From NCBI RefSeq assembly GCF_036321535.1, contig NC_087437.1, forward strand, positions 120,530,001 through 120,590,000: a stretch of 60,000 bases of DNA, written 5' to 3'. This document shows positions 41,701 through 51,625 of this stretch, one piece after another. The first letter of the stretch is position 1, and every line of letters starts with the position of its first letter. The notes beneath the pieces were generated by a model. It searched no databases. It saw only the letters and a program-made list of their open reading frames with translations, and had not been told where the DNA came from. This DNA comes from Camelus dromedarius. Lineage: Eukaryota. A program made the position numbers and the translations under genes.

Positions 41701-44700
41701 ATTATCCACGAGATCTGTTCTCCATCACGTTTACCTTGCAAGAGCCTGCAGAAGGGTTTCTGTGCTCAGCCGGCCAGGCACAGAGCGTTCACTTGGTGCC
41801 ACTTGAATGAGGCTGTGAGCTCAGCTGTGACTGAGCCACCTTCCAGGCCTTCCTGTTGGAGAAGCTCTGTGGCAGGAAGTGGTGCCTCTTTCTGCCCGAG
41901 CTCAGGGTGTCAGCAGGCAGGGTTCTCCTGAGGCCCCTCTCCTGGGCCTGCAGATGCCGCCTCTCCCTGTGTCCCCACCTGGTCGTCCCTCTGTGTGTGT
42001 CTGTGTCCTTGGCTCCTCTTAAGGACACCAGTCAGATTGGGATATGGGCCCACCCCAGTGACCTTTTATTCTAATCACCTCTCTGAAGGCCCTCGGCCCA
42101 GATTGAGTCCTGTTCCAAGGTCCTGGGGGCGATGGCTTCAGTGTGGGGTGAGGGCCCGGATGAGCCCGCGGAACTCTGGTCCCGACACACCCATTCTTGG
42201 AGGGCTTCGTGCATAACCAGCAGTGGATCCTGGGGCAAGCAGTGCGGTCGGGCAGTTGTCGGGTGGGGTCCTCCCCGAGCCGAGGGGTGGTGAGGGGAGC
42301 AGCGGGGGAGCAGCGGCCTGAGGGCTGCCCTTGTGCTCTCCTGGCCTGTTCTGCAGACAGTGAGGCTGCAGTCCGGGGTTGGAGCTGGGCTTTGCTTTTT
42401 TGTCGCAGGCTGCTAACTGCCCCGTCTCACAGGCGCACGGACTCGGGGGCTGAGCGCCCCGCCGCCGGGACTCGGGATGCCCTCACCTACCCCCCTTCCC
42501 TCCCCAGGTGGCTTCTGCTTTCCTTCGTGACCCTCCCCGCTTCTCTCCTCCAGAGCACCTGTTCCTTCGGGCCTTCTGGCAGACCATGAACCGCGAGTGG
42601 ACGGGCATTGACAGACTGCGCCTGGACAAGTTCTACATGGTGAGGAAGGCCCGCGGGGCCGGGGTGGGGAGGGCTGGGCGCGGCGGGAGCGTCCTGGCTT
42701 CTGGGCAGCAGGCAACCCTGAGGACTACATTGGGCGGTGACGGGAGCTCCAGCTTCTCTTGGGGTGCGTGTGCCTGGGGTTCTGCAGTGTTTCCTGTTTC
42801 TGAGGTTGGAGAGTGGGCATAGAATTCAGCTCTTAAAACAGTTTCGGTTCAGAGGAAGAGGCTTACGTCGCCCTCCTGGGCAGAATCGGTGGTGCGGCCA
42901 TCGCATCCTTGCTGCAGACGTGTGCCTGTGCAGCCAGCAAAGCCGGTGGGGCCCCGGGGCCGCCTGCGGGCGCCAGCTTCTGGAGGCGCTTCCCGCCGGG
43001 CGAGGACAGCTTGTCCAGCAGAGCAGACCCCTTTTGTTTCTCCTTTCCCGCACCACATTCCTGTGACTGGGCTGTTGACTGCACTCAGAAATGCAGGAAA
43101 AACTGAAAAATGGGTCAGACTCTTGTCTTGCTGCTGCCGCCACTGACCTGCAGCCTTGTCACTGTGATGGGACAGTCCCCAGATGAAGGGCCAGTGCTGC
43201 TACCTGAGAGCAGGTGACCCCATGGGGGACATTCAGCAGGGCAGTGGCCCAGCCTCACTGAGGACAGGTCGCCATAATCTGCCCCTGAGATCTGCCACTA
43301 GCTCAGTCTTGGGCCAGGGCTGTGCGGACGCCGTATGATGTCAGATATACTAAAGTGAAGGCCAGCCGGTGGGCAGGGCACGGAGCTCAGGAGGGAAGGA
43401 AGATGGGTCATGATGCATGTGGGCAGGCTGGAGGCCAGGCTCTGCACTGTTACAGATCCAGGCTTTTAAGACAAAGTTCCCTGAGATGCAGGACTGGCCT
43501 TAAATAGGGTGGGTTCCGCAGCTCTCTGAGGCCTGTTTCCCACGACCGGCCCCCCCCACCATGTGGCCACATCCACCAGCACAGCCTTGCTGTGAAGGCC
43601 GACCCTCCTGGCGGCCCGCAAGTAGGGGATAGCATGAGATGGGAGTGAGTGTCCCCAGGGACGGGCGTCCTGGCTGTCGGGTGTGCTCTGCTCTGCTCGT
43701 CTCCTTTGTTACCTGTCACCGTGACCGACCCCTCTGTAGGCGTGTAGGGTTCATCCTCGCAGGTGGGAGGATGCTGTTGGCCACCGTGACAGGAAAGTGA
43801 GGGTTGTGGGCAGAGAAGGTAAACAGTTACTCTGTCGGGGAGAAGATCCAGGGGGAGCTCGGAGGAGACAGTTTCGGGTTCATACCTGGTTTTTCCGGAG
43901 GCTCTGCCGCTGTGGGGGAGCCACACTTCATCCTGCTGCTCTCAGAGAGCTGGGCGTTCCAGCCCAGCTGCAGTGGCGCCTTCTCCAGGCCCAGGCCCCC
44001 CCCGGCGGGGGTGTCCTGTCCACTGGCGGCTCTTGAGGGCCTATGGGGCACGCTGGGGCCCCCAGGTGACCAAGGGGCAGGGGGGATGTCGGGAGGTCTG
44101 GGACGTGCCCACTGACGGGGTCTCCTGTGCCACAGCTCATGCGGATGGTCCTGCACGAGTCCTGGATGGCCCTGAAGACGCGGGGCTGGGAAGAGAGGTC
44201 AGTGCCCTGGCGCGTGCTCCGCGGCGGCCCGTGCTGCTCACGGCGAGTCTGTGTTCCCGTGTTTCTCCTTCACTCGCTTGTCAGCTGTGCACTGACGGGG
44301 GTCTTGGTGCTCAGAACAGAGGCATTTTAAAGTCACAGCTGGTGCACATGTTGGTGAAAGTGTCTGTGGGCGCCTCGGCGGGGTCCTTGCTGTGGCTCGC
44401 TCATTTCAGGACTTAGGATCGTGTTACCCAGTAGGTGGCTAGTGCCTGAAACGGGGTTGTGTTAAAGGGACGGCTGTATTTCTGTGAACTCTTTGGGGCT
44501 GTTGTTATGGCAGTAGCTCCATCCTTGTCGTGTCTGGCAACTCCCCCCACCTGCTGCCCTGGGGGGACCAGCTCTGCCTGCCTTTCTGCCTGCTCTCATT
44601 CGTGCAGTGGGACTGGTTTGTGGGTTTGGTGACCGTAAGCACTGTCCCTGGCCTGAGGGAGGGGTCTCCTGGCCTGGCCTGGCCCCGTCCTCCTGGGCTG

Positions 44701-47700
44701 TGGAGCATCGTCCAGGGAGCCTTTTGCCAGATGTGCACATCACCGTTCAGGTGCAGGTACCTGTATGCCATCGAGCACCCAGGAGTGTCGGTGCATCTGG
44801 ACCACTGAGGACTGGCCTCTGGAGCTCTCTGGCCTGGGAGCCCCGGGCCTGAGACCTCGCAGGCCAGCCTGCCAGGGCGAGGTCTGACGTGACCCGTTAC
44901 GGCCTCGGGCCCAGGGCAGTGGGACCCAGGGATCAGCTCCTCCTCTGCCCTGGCCTCCATCTCCCACCTCTGTGTTTGCTCTGCCCTGAGCCTCCCTGCG
45001 CAGTCCCAGCAGGGCCAGCAGAGACTCCGGACGTGGTGACGGTGGCCTCCTGTGGGCCAGGCCGCCCTCCGCCTGCCTCCTCTAGGACAGGAGGGGGCCT
45101 GGGGGGACGTTTATGCGCCTCGGTCGGCCCTGGCCATTGGCACGTAAATCCAAAGTTGCAGGAGCTGTTTGTGCGGCATCGACCCACATCGTGGGATCTC
45201 CACACATGTGGTGTGAAAGTTCCTGTTCCTGTCAGAGCCCCACCGTGGGCCACGTGAGCCCACTGCCTTGCTGCCTGTCTGGCTGCTGCCGACTTGGCCT
45301 GTTTCCCTCCTCAGACAGACTGAGCAGCTGCTGGAGCTGCTGACCACGGAGATCCTGCACCCTGACAGTCAGGCCCCCAGTGGGGTACGGAGCCATTTCA
45401 TCGAGATCTTCCTGGAGGAGCTGGCCAGAGTTGGTGCCCACGAGGTAGGGCCGGGGTGAGGGCGGCAGCCTAGCACCCCCACCACCCCCACCCCGGCGTC
45501 TGTGGCCCGGGGCTGAGCGGCTCCCGCCCCCCTCCTCGCAGCTGACAGCCGAGCAGAACCTCAGGCTCATCGACCCCTTCTGCCGCATCGCCGCCCGCAC
45601 TCAGGAGTAAGTGTCGCCTCCCTCCCGCCTGTCGCTCTTTTCCCAGCGCCCTCCAGCGCTGCCTTTGGGAGCAACTGTTCCCTCCAGGAAGAGAGAGGGC
45701 TTGCGTGGTCACGGGGGCCCAGCGGGGCCCAGAGGGGCCCCGGGTGGGAGAGGGGGACACGAGGGGTTGGTGTTTCTTCCCTGGAGGGTCCAGCCTGACC
45801 AGCTGCCCTGGTCGCCACGGCCCCTCAGCTCCCTGGTTCTGCATAACATCACTCGAGGCATCTTTGAAACGATCGTGGAGCAGGCCCCGCTGGCCATCGA
45901 GGAGCTCATGAATGAACTGGACGTGCAAGAGGAGGAGGAGGGTGAGGAACAGGACGTGCCATCCAGGAAGCCACCTAAAGGTGAGGATCACGTGTGTCCA
46001 GGATGACGCCCACAGTGGCTCTTGCCGGGATCCCCGCCTTTGTCTCCTGTCTCGTCCCCTCATTTCTGCCCTTGCCCCCAAAGTCGTGCACGGGTGACCT
46101 TAGAAGCAAGCACACGTGTTGCTCACTCTCTGAACCCCGGCTCTATGGCCTCCTGTGTTCTCATGAGGTCCCTACTCCCCAGGCTCATCTCTGACCCACC
46201 AGTCCTGCTCCGGGGCGTCTGCTCTGCCCTCCCCTCCCCTGCAGGGCCCCTGCCCTCTTGTCGTTTCCCCAGGGCCTCTCACTTCCTGGCAGAAATCGCT
46301 TAAAGTTACATGAATCGCTTGTTTACCTTCCTGTCCCTGCTTCCGCCGCCAGGACAGGGAGCGCTGTTGACTGTCTCTGTGCCCTGCCCAGAAGTGGGGT
46401 TGCTGCATCGGATGGTGATTCTGTTGACTTTTTAGCAGCGTTGTCCTGTCTTCCAGGGTGGCTGCGTCACTTCACCCCCGCCCCCCGTGCACGGGCCCAG
46501 CGTCTCCGTGTCCTCACTGACGTTTGTCAGTCTGTTTTGAGAGGAGCTGCCCCCACGGGCGTGGAGCTGTGGCGTGGTTTTGATTTGCACTTTTCGAATG
46601 ATTTCTGGTGCTGAGCACAGGCTCGTGGACCATTCACGGAGAACTGGAGAAATGTGTGTTCAAGTCCTTTGCCCGTTTTTGAATCAGATTTTCTCGGTTG
46701 AGTTTTAGGAGTTCTTCGATACTCTGGGTGGCGCCCTTCCGCAGGTTTGTGCTTTGCGGTCGGCCCTCCCGCTCTGGGGGCTGCTCTTTGACCCTGCTGA
46801 TAGTCTCTTGCGATGCGCAAAATAGGAAGTTCCCGTCAGGTCTCGTTTGTCCTACTTTTCCTCGTTGCCTGTGCCTTCAGTGCCACGTCCAGGAGAACCG
46901 CGGTCATTTCCGGTCTCGTGAAGCTTTTGCCCCGTGTTTTCACCTGAGTTTTATTGTTTTGGGCTTTTGATCCATTTTGAGTTAGTTTTGTATGTGGTGG
47001 GGGGTCAGGGTCAGCCCCATTCTTCTGCGCGTGGACGTCCAGCGTTCCCAGCCCCGTTTGTTGAAGGGCCCATCCTTGCCCCTCCAAGTTGTCCTGTGTC
47101 CTGTGGAAGGTCGTGTGTCTGTGAGCTGCGGGTTGGCTTCTGCTGCCTCTGACTCTCGTGCCCTTGCTGGCGTGCCCCTGGGTTTTCTCAGCCGCCCCCA
47201 CGCCGCACCGGCACTGCCCGGCCGCCCGGGGCATCTTTCCTGGCCCTCCCTGACCTCCTTCTCAGTAGCCAAGTCACCGGTCCAGGCAGCCCCAGGTCCT
47301 CGCGGGGCTTGGTGACGGCCCACAGCCCTGCCGTCACCGTTCTCTGCCTCCCACCTGTCCCGCTCCGCTGCCTGTCCAAACCTTCCATGTGCGGGGAGCG
47401 ACGTCAGAGCCCCAGACGCCTGGCCAGTGTCCGCTTCCTCACCTGCAGCTGCATCTCCTGTCACCCTGTGGCTGGGCCAGCCCCCCTCTTCTGCACCCTG
47501 GACTCCTGCCCCTGCATTTGCTGCCTGGGATGCCCACTCACAGTCCCCTCTCGGTTTCACTCCTTGAGGACTGGTCAGGCCCCCATCTTCCCTGGGACGG
47601 CTTTCTCCTCCCCAGGCCTCAATGCCCCTGCCGTCCACCCAAGAGTGGGCCCTGGCTGGCAAGGCTCCTGGTTCCCAGGCATTTGTGTTGGGCCCTGTGA

Positions 47701-50516
47701 CCCCTGTGGCACCAGGTATGTCTTTGAGTCCGTGGGCCCCTTTCGTCCTAGGCTCTGTCTGTGGGACTGGACCCGACCCGGGTGCGGAGCAGTCGGACGA
47801 TGACGACGAGGACAATGCCGGCTCTGTCCTCCAGGTGGGTGGCCGGGCCCGTGGGCCGGGTGCTCAGTCCCTGCCCTGCGCTCCCGATGTGGGGAGCTGC
47901 TCTTGGGGGCACAGTGGGGGTGGCATCTGTCCGGCTGGGACGCAGAGGAAGGCAGGGGCGCCGGGCGGCACGTGCTGCGTGGGGGGGTTTCGGGTCCCCG
48001 CTGGTAGTCGGAGCTCAGCTGACGGGGCTGTAACCAGGTGAACTGGACATGCAGGGCATCTCCCCGTGAGTCTCGGATGTTGACTGCTCGTGCGTTAGTA
48101 AGGTCTTCAGTGTCTTGGTCAAGTAAAGTCATTAGGTTGATCTTGCTTGTTTCTTCCTGCTTTTTTTAACGTGGGTTTTAAGTCACAGGCTCCCTGCGGC
48201 CCCGCACGTTCCCACGGGCGTTTGCTGCCTCCGTGCCGCGGACGGTCTGCATTTGTGCGGGGATGGCCTGGGGATGGCGGGGCGCGGCCTCGGCACGTGG
48301 CTCCTGCGCTCCCTCTGCCGGTTCACGTTCCGGGGGCCCCTGGGAGGTGACTCGCCCTTTGCTTCCACGGCATCTCTTTGTGAAACAGTTTGACTATGAG
48401 GCTGTTGCCAGCAGACTGTTTGAAATGGCTAGTCACCAGGACACCCCTCCTCCAAACCGGAAGCGTCTCTACAAAGTGATCCGAAAGTGAGTGTCCCTGG
48501 AGGGGCTGGCGTTGGGGTCGCCCCTCCCTCCCTGTGGTGGCCCCGCCCTCAGAGCTCAGGCAGGAAGGGGCTTCCAGAGGGCAGCCGAGGCCAGTGACCG
48601 CCTCCCCTTGTTTCAGGTTGCAGGGCCTCGCAGAAGGTGAGCACGGGGCTGCCCAGCTGAGACAGGACATCGTCCTCTTGGGAGTGGATGGGGCCACACG
48701 TTCACCCCCAGAGCGTGGACAAGAGTTTGCAGAGGCCGGTGGTGTTTGTTTGGCGAGAGGCGGGTGGCTGGCCTCGGGACGCTTGTCCTGATGAAGCTCA
48801 GTGGTTTTGGGGGCTGAGTGTGCGTTTGAGGCTCACGCGGCAGGGTGGGGCCCGGCCCTAGAGCCTGCATTTCCGGTGAGTGCCCACAGTGCGGCGGTGC
48901 TGGGCTGCGGAGCAGCAGACAGCCCCAGTTTGTGGTGTGTGGCTGGTGGACCTGGGAAAGCGTATTCTGAAAGGCAGTTGCTCATGACATGGTGCTTATG
49001 GGGCCATGGAGACAGTGAACACGCGAGCCGTGAGCGTCCCGGCTGCCCGTGGCCTTCTGATCACCCGCCTTGGTCCTCAGGCCTCTTCCCTGAAGATGAC
49101 ATCCCAGAGAAAGCCTACAGGTGTCCGCGTGGAGGGCGGCGCGTGAAGATGAAGAGGCGCCTGTCCCAGCTGCAGAGCAGGACGGGTGAGCCTGGCAGTG
49201 TCGGCTGCGGTGAGGGTCTTCCTCACCTGCATTCTGTCCTCACGCTTGGGACAAGTGACCGGAAGCCTGTCTCCAGATGTGACCCCCTCCTCCCCAGCCT
49301 ACTGCCCTGCACCACATCCAGCCCTGGGCTTCTGCTGTCTGGCCAAGGGCCACTCTGTCTTCCCTGCCCTCCTTACCTGTGGTTCTGGTCTGGCCTCTTC
49401 CTGACCCTTTTCCATCTTTGATCTGTGTGTGCCTCTTCCTTCTCTGCAGTGCCCTCCAGAGAGCCCTAAGCCCACTGCACTCTCCTCCTTGATTTTAGAG
49501 GCTTCTCCTCCCCCTGCCTCCTCCCTCCTCCTCCTCCTTTCCCGCTCCACCCCCCCCCCCGGCTTCCTCCACCCCAGCTTGTCCACAGGCGTGTGGCTAG
49601 CCTGTGACCGCCTGTGCCAAAGGCCATCGTGTGCTCCTGTGCCTACTGCAGACCCCTGGGGCCAGCTGCCCGCTGCAGTGGGGCCGGGCTGTGCCCACAG
49701 CACCAAGTGGGGTGGGGGCGGGAGGAGCTCGTGGCTGGAGGGGGATGCAGACGAGGGAGAGACAGTGGCCCTACCTGTAGCCGAGACCCCTCCTGTGTCA
49801 CCACATCTGCTCAAGTGGCCCCAGGCCCTGGGATCTGCCCTTTGCAGGGTTGGTTCATTCTCTGCTCTGGCCCAACCCTGTCCAGCTCATCTCACGCCAG
49901 GGCCCTTGAGCAGACGAGGACTGGCTCGCACACCCACGCCAGGCAAGGGGCCGGATGCTGACACGGCCCCGCGTTCCCAGCCGCGCCTCCGGCCCTTGTG
50001 GGCACGAGCCTGAGCCCACCTGCGCCCCACACCGCTGCCCACTTTGCCTTTCCCTGGCCCTGTCCTCGCCCTGGGCTTCCTAAAGGCCCCCTTTCTGGCC
50101 AGCCTTTCTGGTGCCAGGAGCCCACGTGGATTTCGCACCTGCCCGCCGGCTGTGGTGCTGGGTCCCTGGGGGGCCGGCTCAGGTCCGCTTCACGGGCCGT
50201 CAGTGCTTCTGTCAGGCACCGTGTGTCTGCTGTCCCGGAGCTGCCTCCCTCGTTCAGAGAACCGCGAGGTGGGTGGGCCTTCCTTGAGCCTCGGTCACTT
50301 GGCCTTGCCGTTGCAGGGAGAGGTGCGGGGGAGGCCTCGTGTCCAGACCCGAGCCCCGGACCCGCGAGGAGAAGGCGGCGGCGGAGCACAGGGGCTGACC
50401 CCACCGTGTCCCAGGAGCAGCCTGGGGGCCGGCGAGGGAGAGGGGCCCGCAAGAGGGGGCGGCGGCCGCTGGCAGGGCCAGCACGAAGGTGGCCAGTTAC
50501 CAGGAGCCAAAGGTGA
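38305..50516 (+). CDS. RRP1: Ribosomal RNA processing protein 1 homolog A (Nop52/NNP-1), 424 aa as read. join(38305..38437,39646..39728,41012..41069,42554..42639,44136..44197,45315..45444,45542..45606,45829..45980,47752..47834,48389..48486,48617..48636,49081..49185,50317..50516)
   Basis: Spliced translation MGPRVQLPPEIQLAQRLAGNEQVTRDRAVRKLRKYI...LLKVWKGLFYCMWMQDKPLLQEEL...REWTGIDRLRLDKFYMLMR...FDYEAVASRLFEMAS...NRKRLYKVIRK matches the Nop52 family / mammalian RRP1. 13 exons, GT-AG, phases join, 1275 nt. Confidence 0.96.
38963..39146. mobile_element. MER5A-like hAT DNA transposon in RRP1 intron 1
   Basis: Terminal inverted repeats catggttctca ... tgggaaccactg; internal cagcatcacctggg, gcagattc, aagccctccaggtgat. 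Confidence 0.8.
39646..39728 (+). CDS. RRP1: RRP1 exon 2
   Basis: gcag|GTGGT...CTCCAG|gtgagc; GFTHDELLKVWKGLFYCMWMQDKPLLQ. Confidence 0.96.
40072..40368 (-). mobile_element. Old L1 (L1MC1-like) 3' end
   Basis: ttttaagttcacagcaaaatgagaggaaag...ccccaccagagtgg...cacccagagtcca...ttcactgccctaaa. Confidence 0.7.
40638..40715 (-). mobile_element. tRNA-derived SINE (Vic-1-like) in RRP1 intron 2
   Basis: tggaggtactggggattgaacccaggaccttgtgcatactaagcacacactctaccactgag. Confidence 0.87.
41012..41069 (+). CDS. RRP1: RRP1 exon 3
   Basis: gcag|GAGGAG...GGCCC|gtgagt; EELGRTISQLVHTFQTTEA. Confidence 0.96.
41900..42195 (-). mobile_element. MaLR LTR (MLT1A-like)
   Basis: gcagatgccgcctctccctgtgtccccac...ttaaggacaccagtcagattgg...gggcccacccc. 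Confidence 0.75.
42554..42639 (+). CDS. RRP1: RRP1 exon 4
   Basis: ccag|AGCAC...TACATG|gtgagg; HLFLRAFWQTMNREWTGIDRLRLDKFYM. Confidence 0.96.
44136..44197 (+). CDS. RRP1: RRP1 exon 5
   Basis: acag|CTCATG...GAGAG|gtcagt; LMRMVLHESWMALKTRGWEE. Confidence 0.95.
45315..45444 (+). CDS. RRP1: RRP1 exon 6
   Basis: tcag|ACAGACT...CACGAG|gtaggg; QTEQLLELLTTEILHPDSQAPSGVRSHFIEIFLEELARVGAHE. Confidence 0.95.
45542..45606 (+). CDS. RRP1: RRP1 exon 7
   Basis: gcag|CTGACA...CAGGA|gtaagt; LTAEQNLRLIDPFCRIAARTQ. Confidence 0.95.
45829..45980 (+). CDS. RRP1: RRP1 exon 8
   Basis: tcag|CTCCC...TAAAG|gtgagg; SLVLHNITRGIFETIVEQAPLAIEELMNELDVQEEEEGEEQDVPSRKPPK. Confidence 0.9.
46300..47200 (-). mobile_element. 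Old L1 ORF2-region fragment in RRP1 intron 8
   Basis: gtggttttgatttgcactt..aatgatt, ggagaaatgtgtgttcaagtcctttgccc, ttgatccattttgagttagtttt. Confidence 0.8.
47752..47834 (+). CDS. RRP1: RRP1 exon 9
   Basis: ctag|GCTCT...CTCCAG|gtgggt; SVCGTGPDPGAEQSDDDDEDNAGSVLQ. Confidence 0.9.
48389..48486 (+). CDS. RRP1: RRP1 exon 10
   Basis: acag|TTTGAC...CGAAA|gtgagt; FDYEAVASRLFEMASHQDTPPPNRKRLYKVIR. Confidence 0.96.
48617..48636 (+). CDS. RRP1: RRP1 exon 11 (20-nt microexon)
   Basis: tttcag|GTTGCAGGGCCTCGCAGAAG|gtgagc; LQGLAE; needed to keep the frame between exons 10 and 12. Confidence 0.92.
49081..49185 (+). CDS. RRP1: RRP1 exon 12
   Basis: tcag|GCCTC...GACGG|gtgagc; LFPEDDIPEKAYRCPRGGRRVKMKRRLSQLQSRT. 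Confidence 0.92.
50317..50516 (+). CDS. RRP1: RRP1 exon 13 coding part (stop position subject to the frameshift question in findings)
   Basis: ttgcag|GGAGA...; basic tail RGAGEASCPDPSPGPARRRRRRSTGADP...RPLAGPARRWPVTRSQR*. Confidence 0.8.
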
Positions 50517-50780
50517 AGAGGAAGCAGACCCCGGAGGGCAAAAAGTGGTGTCGCCAGGCCCACCAGGGAGGAGGAGGCAGGACAGTCGGACCGAGTTCCG
50601 GAGACTCCGACACCGGCTGCTACTGTGTCCGCAGCGGCCGAGGTCAGAGCTGACGGTGGTCGGGCCCACACTTAGCGCCCGTGACCCAGGAAGAGCTGCT
50701 GCTGTGCTGACCCGGGTCAGGCCGGGGGACCCCTGCCGACGCCGCCCTCAGCAGGAGACGCAGCTCGCTGGGCGTCCGCA

Positions 50781-50786
50781 AATAAA
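50781..50786 (+). terminator. RRP1: RRP1 polyadenylation signal AATAAA
   Basis: Canonical hexamer about 265 nt after the stop, followed by GT/T-rich sequence (ctgcgtttgtgcg). Confidence 0.8.
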
Positions 50787-51477
50787 GCGCTCCGAGGGTC
50801 GCGCAGACCGAGTCCTGCCTCTGCTGCGTTTGTGCGGAAGCTCTCCAGCGGTGTGAGCTGACGGGTGCCAGCGGTGTTCACGTTTTATACCCAAATGTGC
50901 CTGCACGTTCCTCAAGCTCTGTAAGACGGTGGCGCGTGTTACCAGTGGTGTCTGGACGAGCGCTTCACACGCTCTTGTTGGGAGTCAACGGTGAACCGGT
51001 GCTTTGTGCCAGCCCCGTTGCTTGAGCGGGAGGCGCAGCTCCCTGTCCATCTCTTGTCACTTGTGGCTCAGAGGCAGAGCAGGATCTGACGTCCCTCGGG
51101 CGTGTGCCTGCCAGGCCCTGCACGCCTCCCCTCAGCTCCTTTAAATTCAGTTTCAGTTCCTGGCCCGAGGATCCCAATCTGAAGGAAAGTACAAGTGGAT
51201 GCAGTGGCAGGCGGGCTCCAGGTGGCCTCCGGGCAGGGCTGGGCCGCGGGGCAGGGCTATGCTGGCGACAGGTGGGCGCCGTCTCGGTCTGCTGGCCCGG
51301 CCACACCTGCACCGTGTGTGGGTGAGCCTGGGGAGGCTGGCACTCAGCTTGCTGCCAAAGCCCAGCAGCCTGCAGGCACCAGCCCTCCCCGGACAGCGCT
51401 GGCTCCTTTGAGGGTGTGGCCCTGCCCGGCTCCAGAGCAGCCGGTGTGGATGAGGGTCTGCTGGGGTCCCTTCATTT

Positions 51478-51625
51478 GTTTTTAACAACTTGATTGAGTG
51501 TACTTTGTACACCAGTCAGTCCGCCCGTTTGAAGTGTATGAGCCAGTGGTGCTTTGTGTATCCGTTGGGTTGTGTGTCCCTCACCCAAGTCCATTTTAGG
51601 ACATTTTCGTTTACCCCAAAGAAGC
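51478..51625 (-). mobile_element. Old L1 (L1MB-like) 3' end fragment
   Basis: ttttaacaacttgattgag...tttgaagtgta...ttttaggacattttc..accccaaagaa. Confidence 0.6.

Noticed and set aside
46982..47815. 277-aa minus-strand ORF
   Set aside because: Antisense to RRP1 exon 9 and running through degraded intronic L1; no coding signature.
50044..50856. 270-aa ORF overlapping the last RRP1 exon in a third frame
   Set aside because: Begins in intron 12 at a non-ATG codon, has no recognisable similarity, and is not the frame resembling the RRP1 C-terminus.
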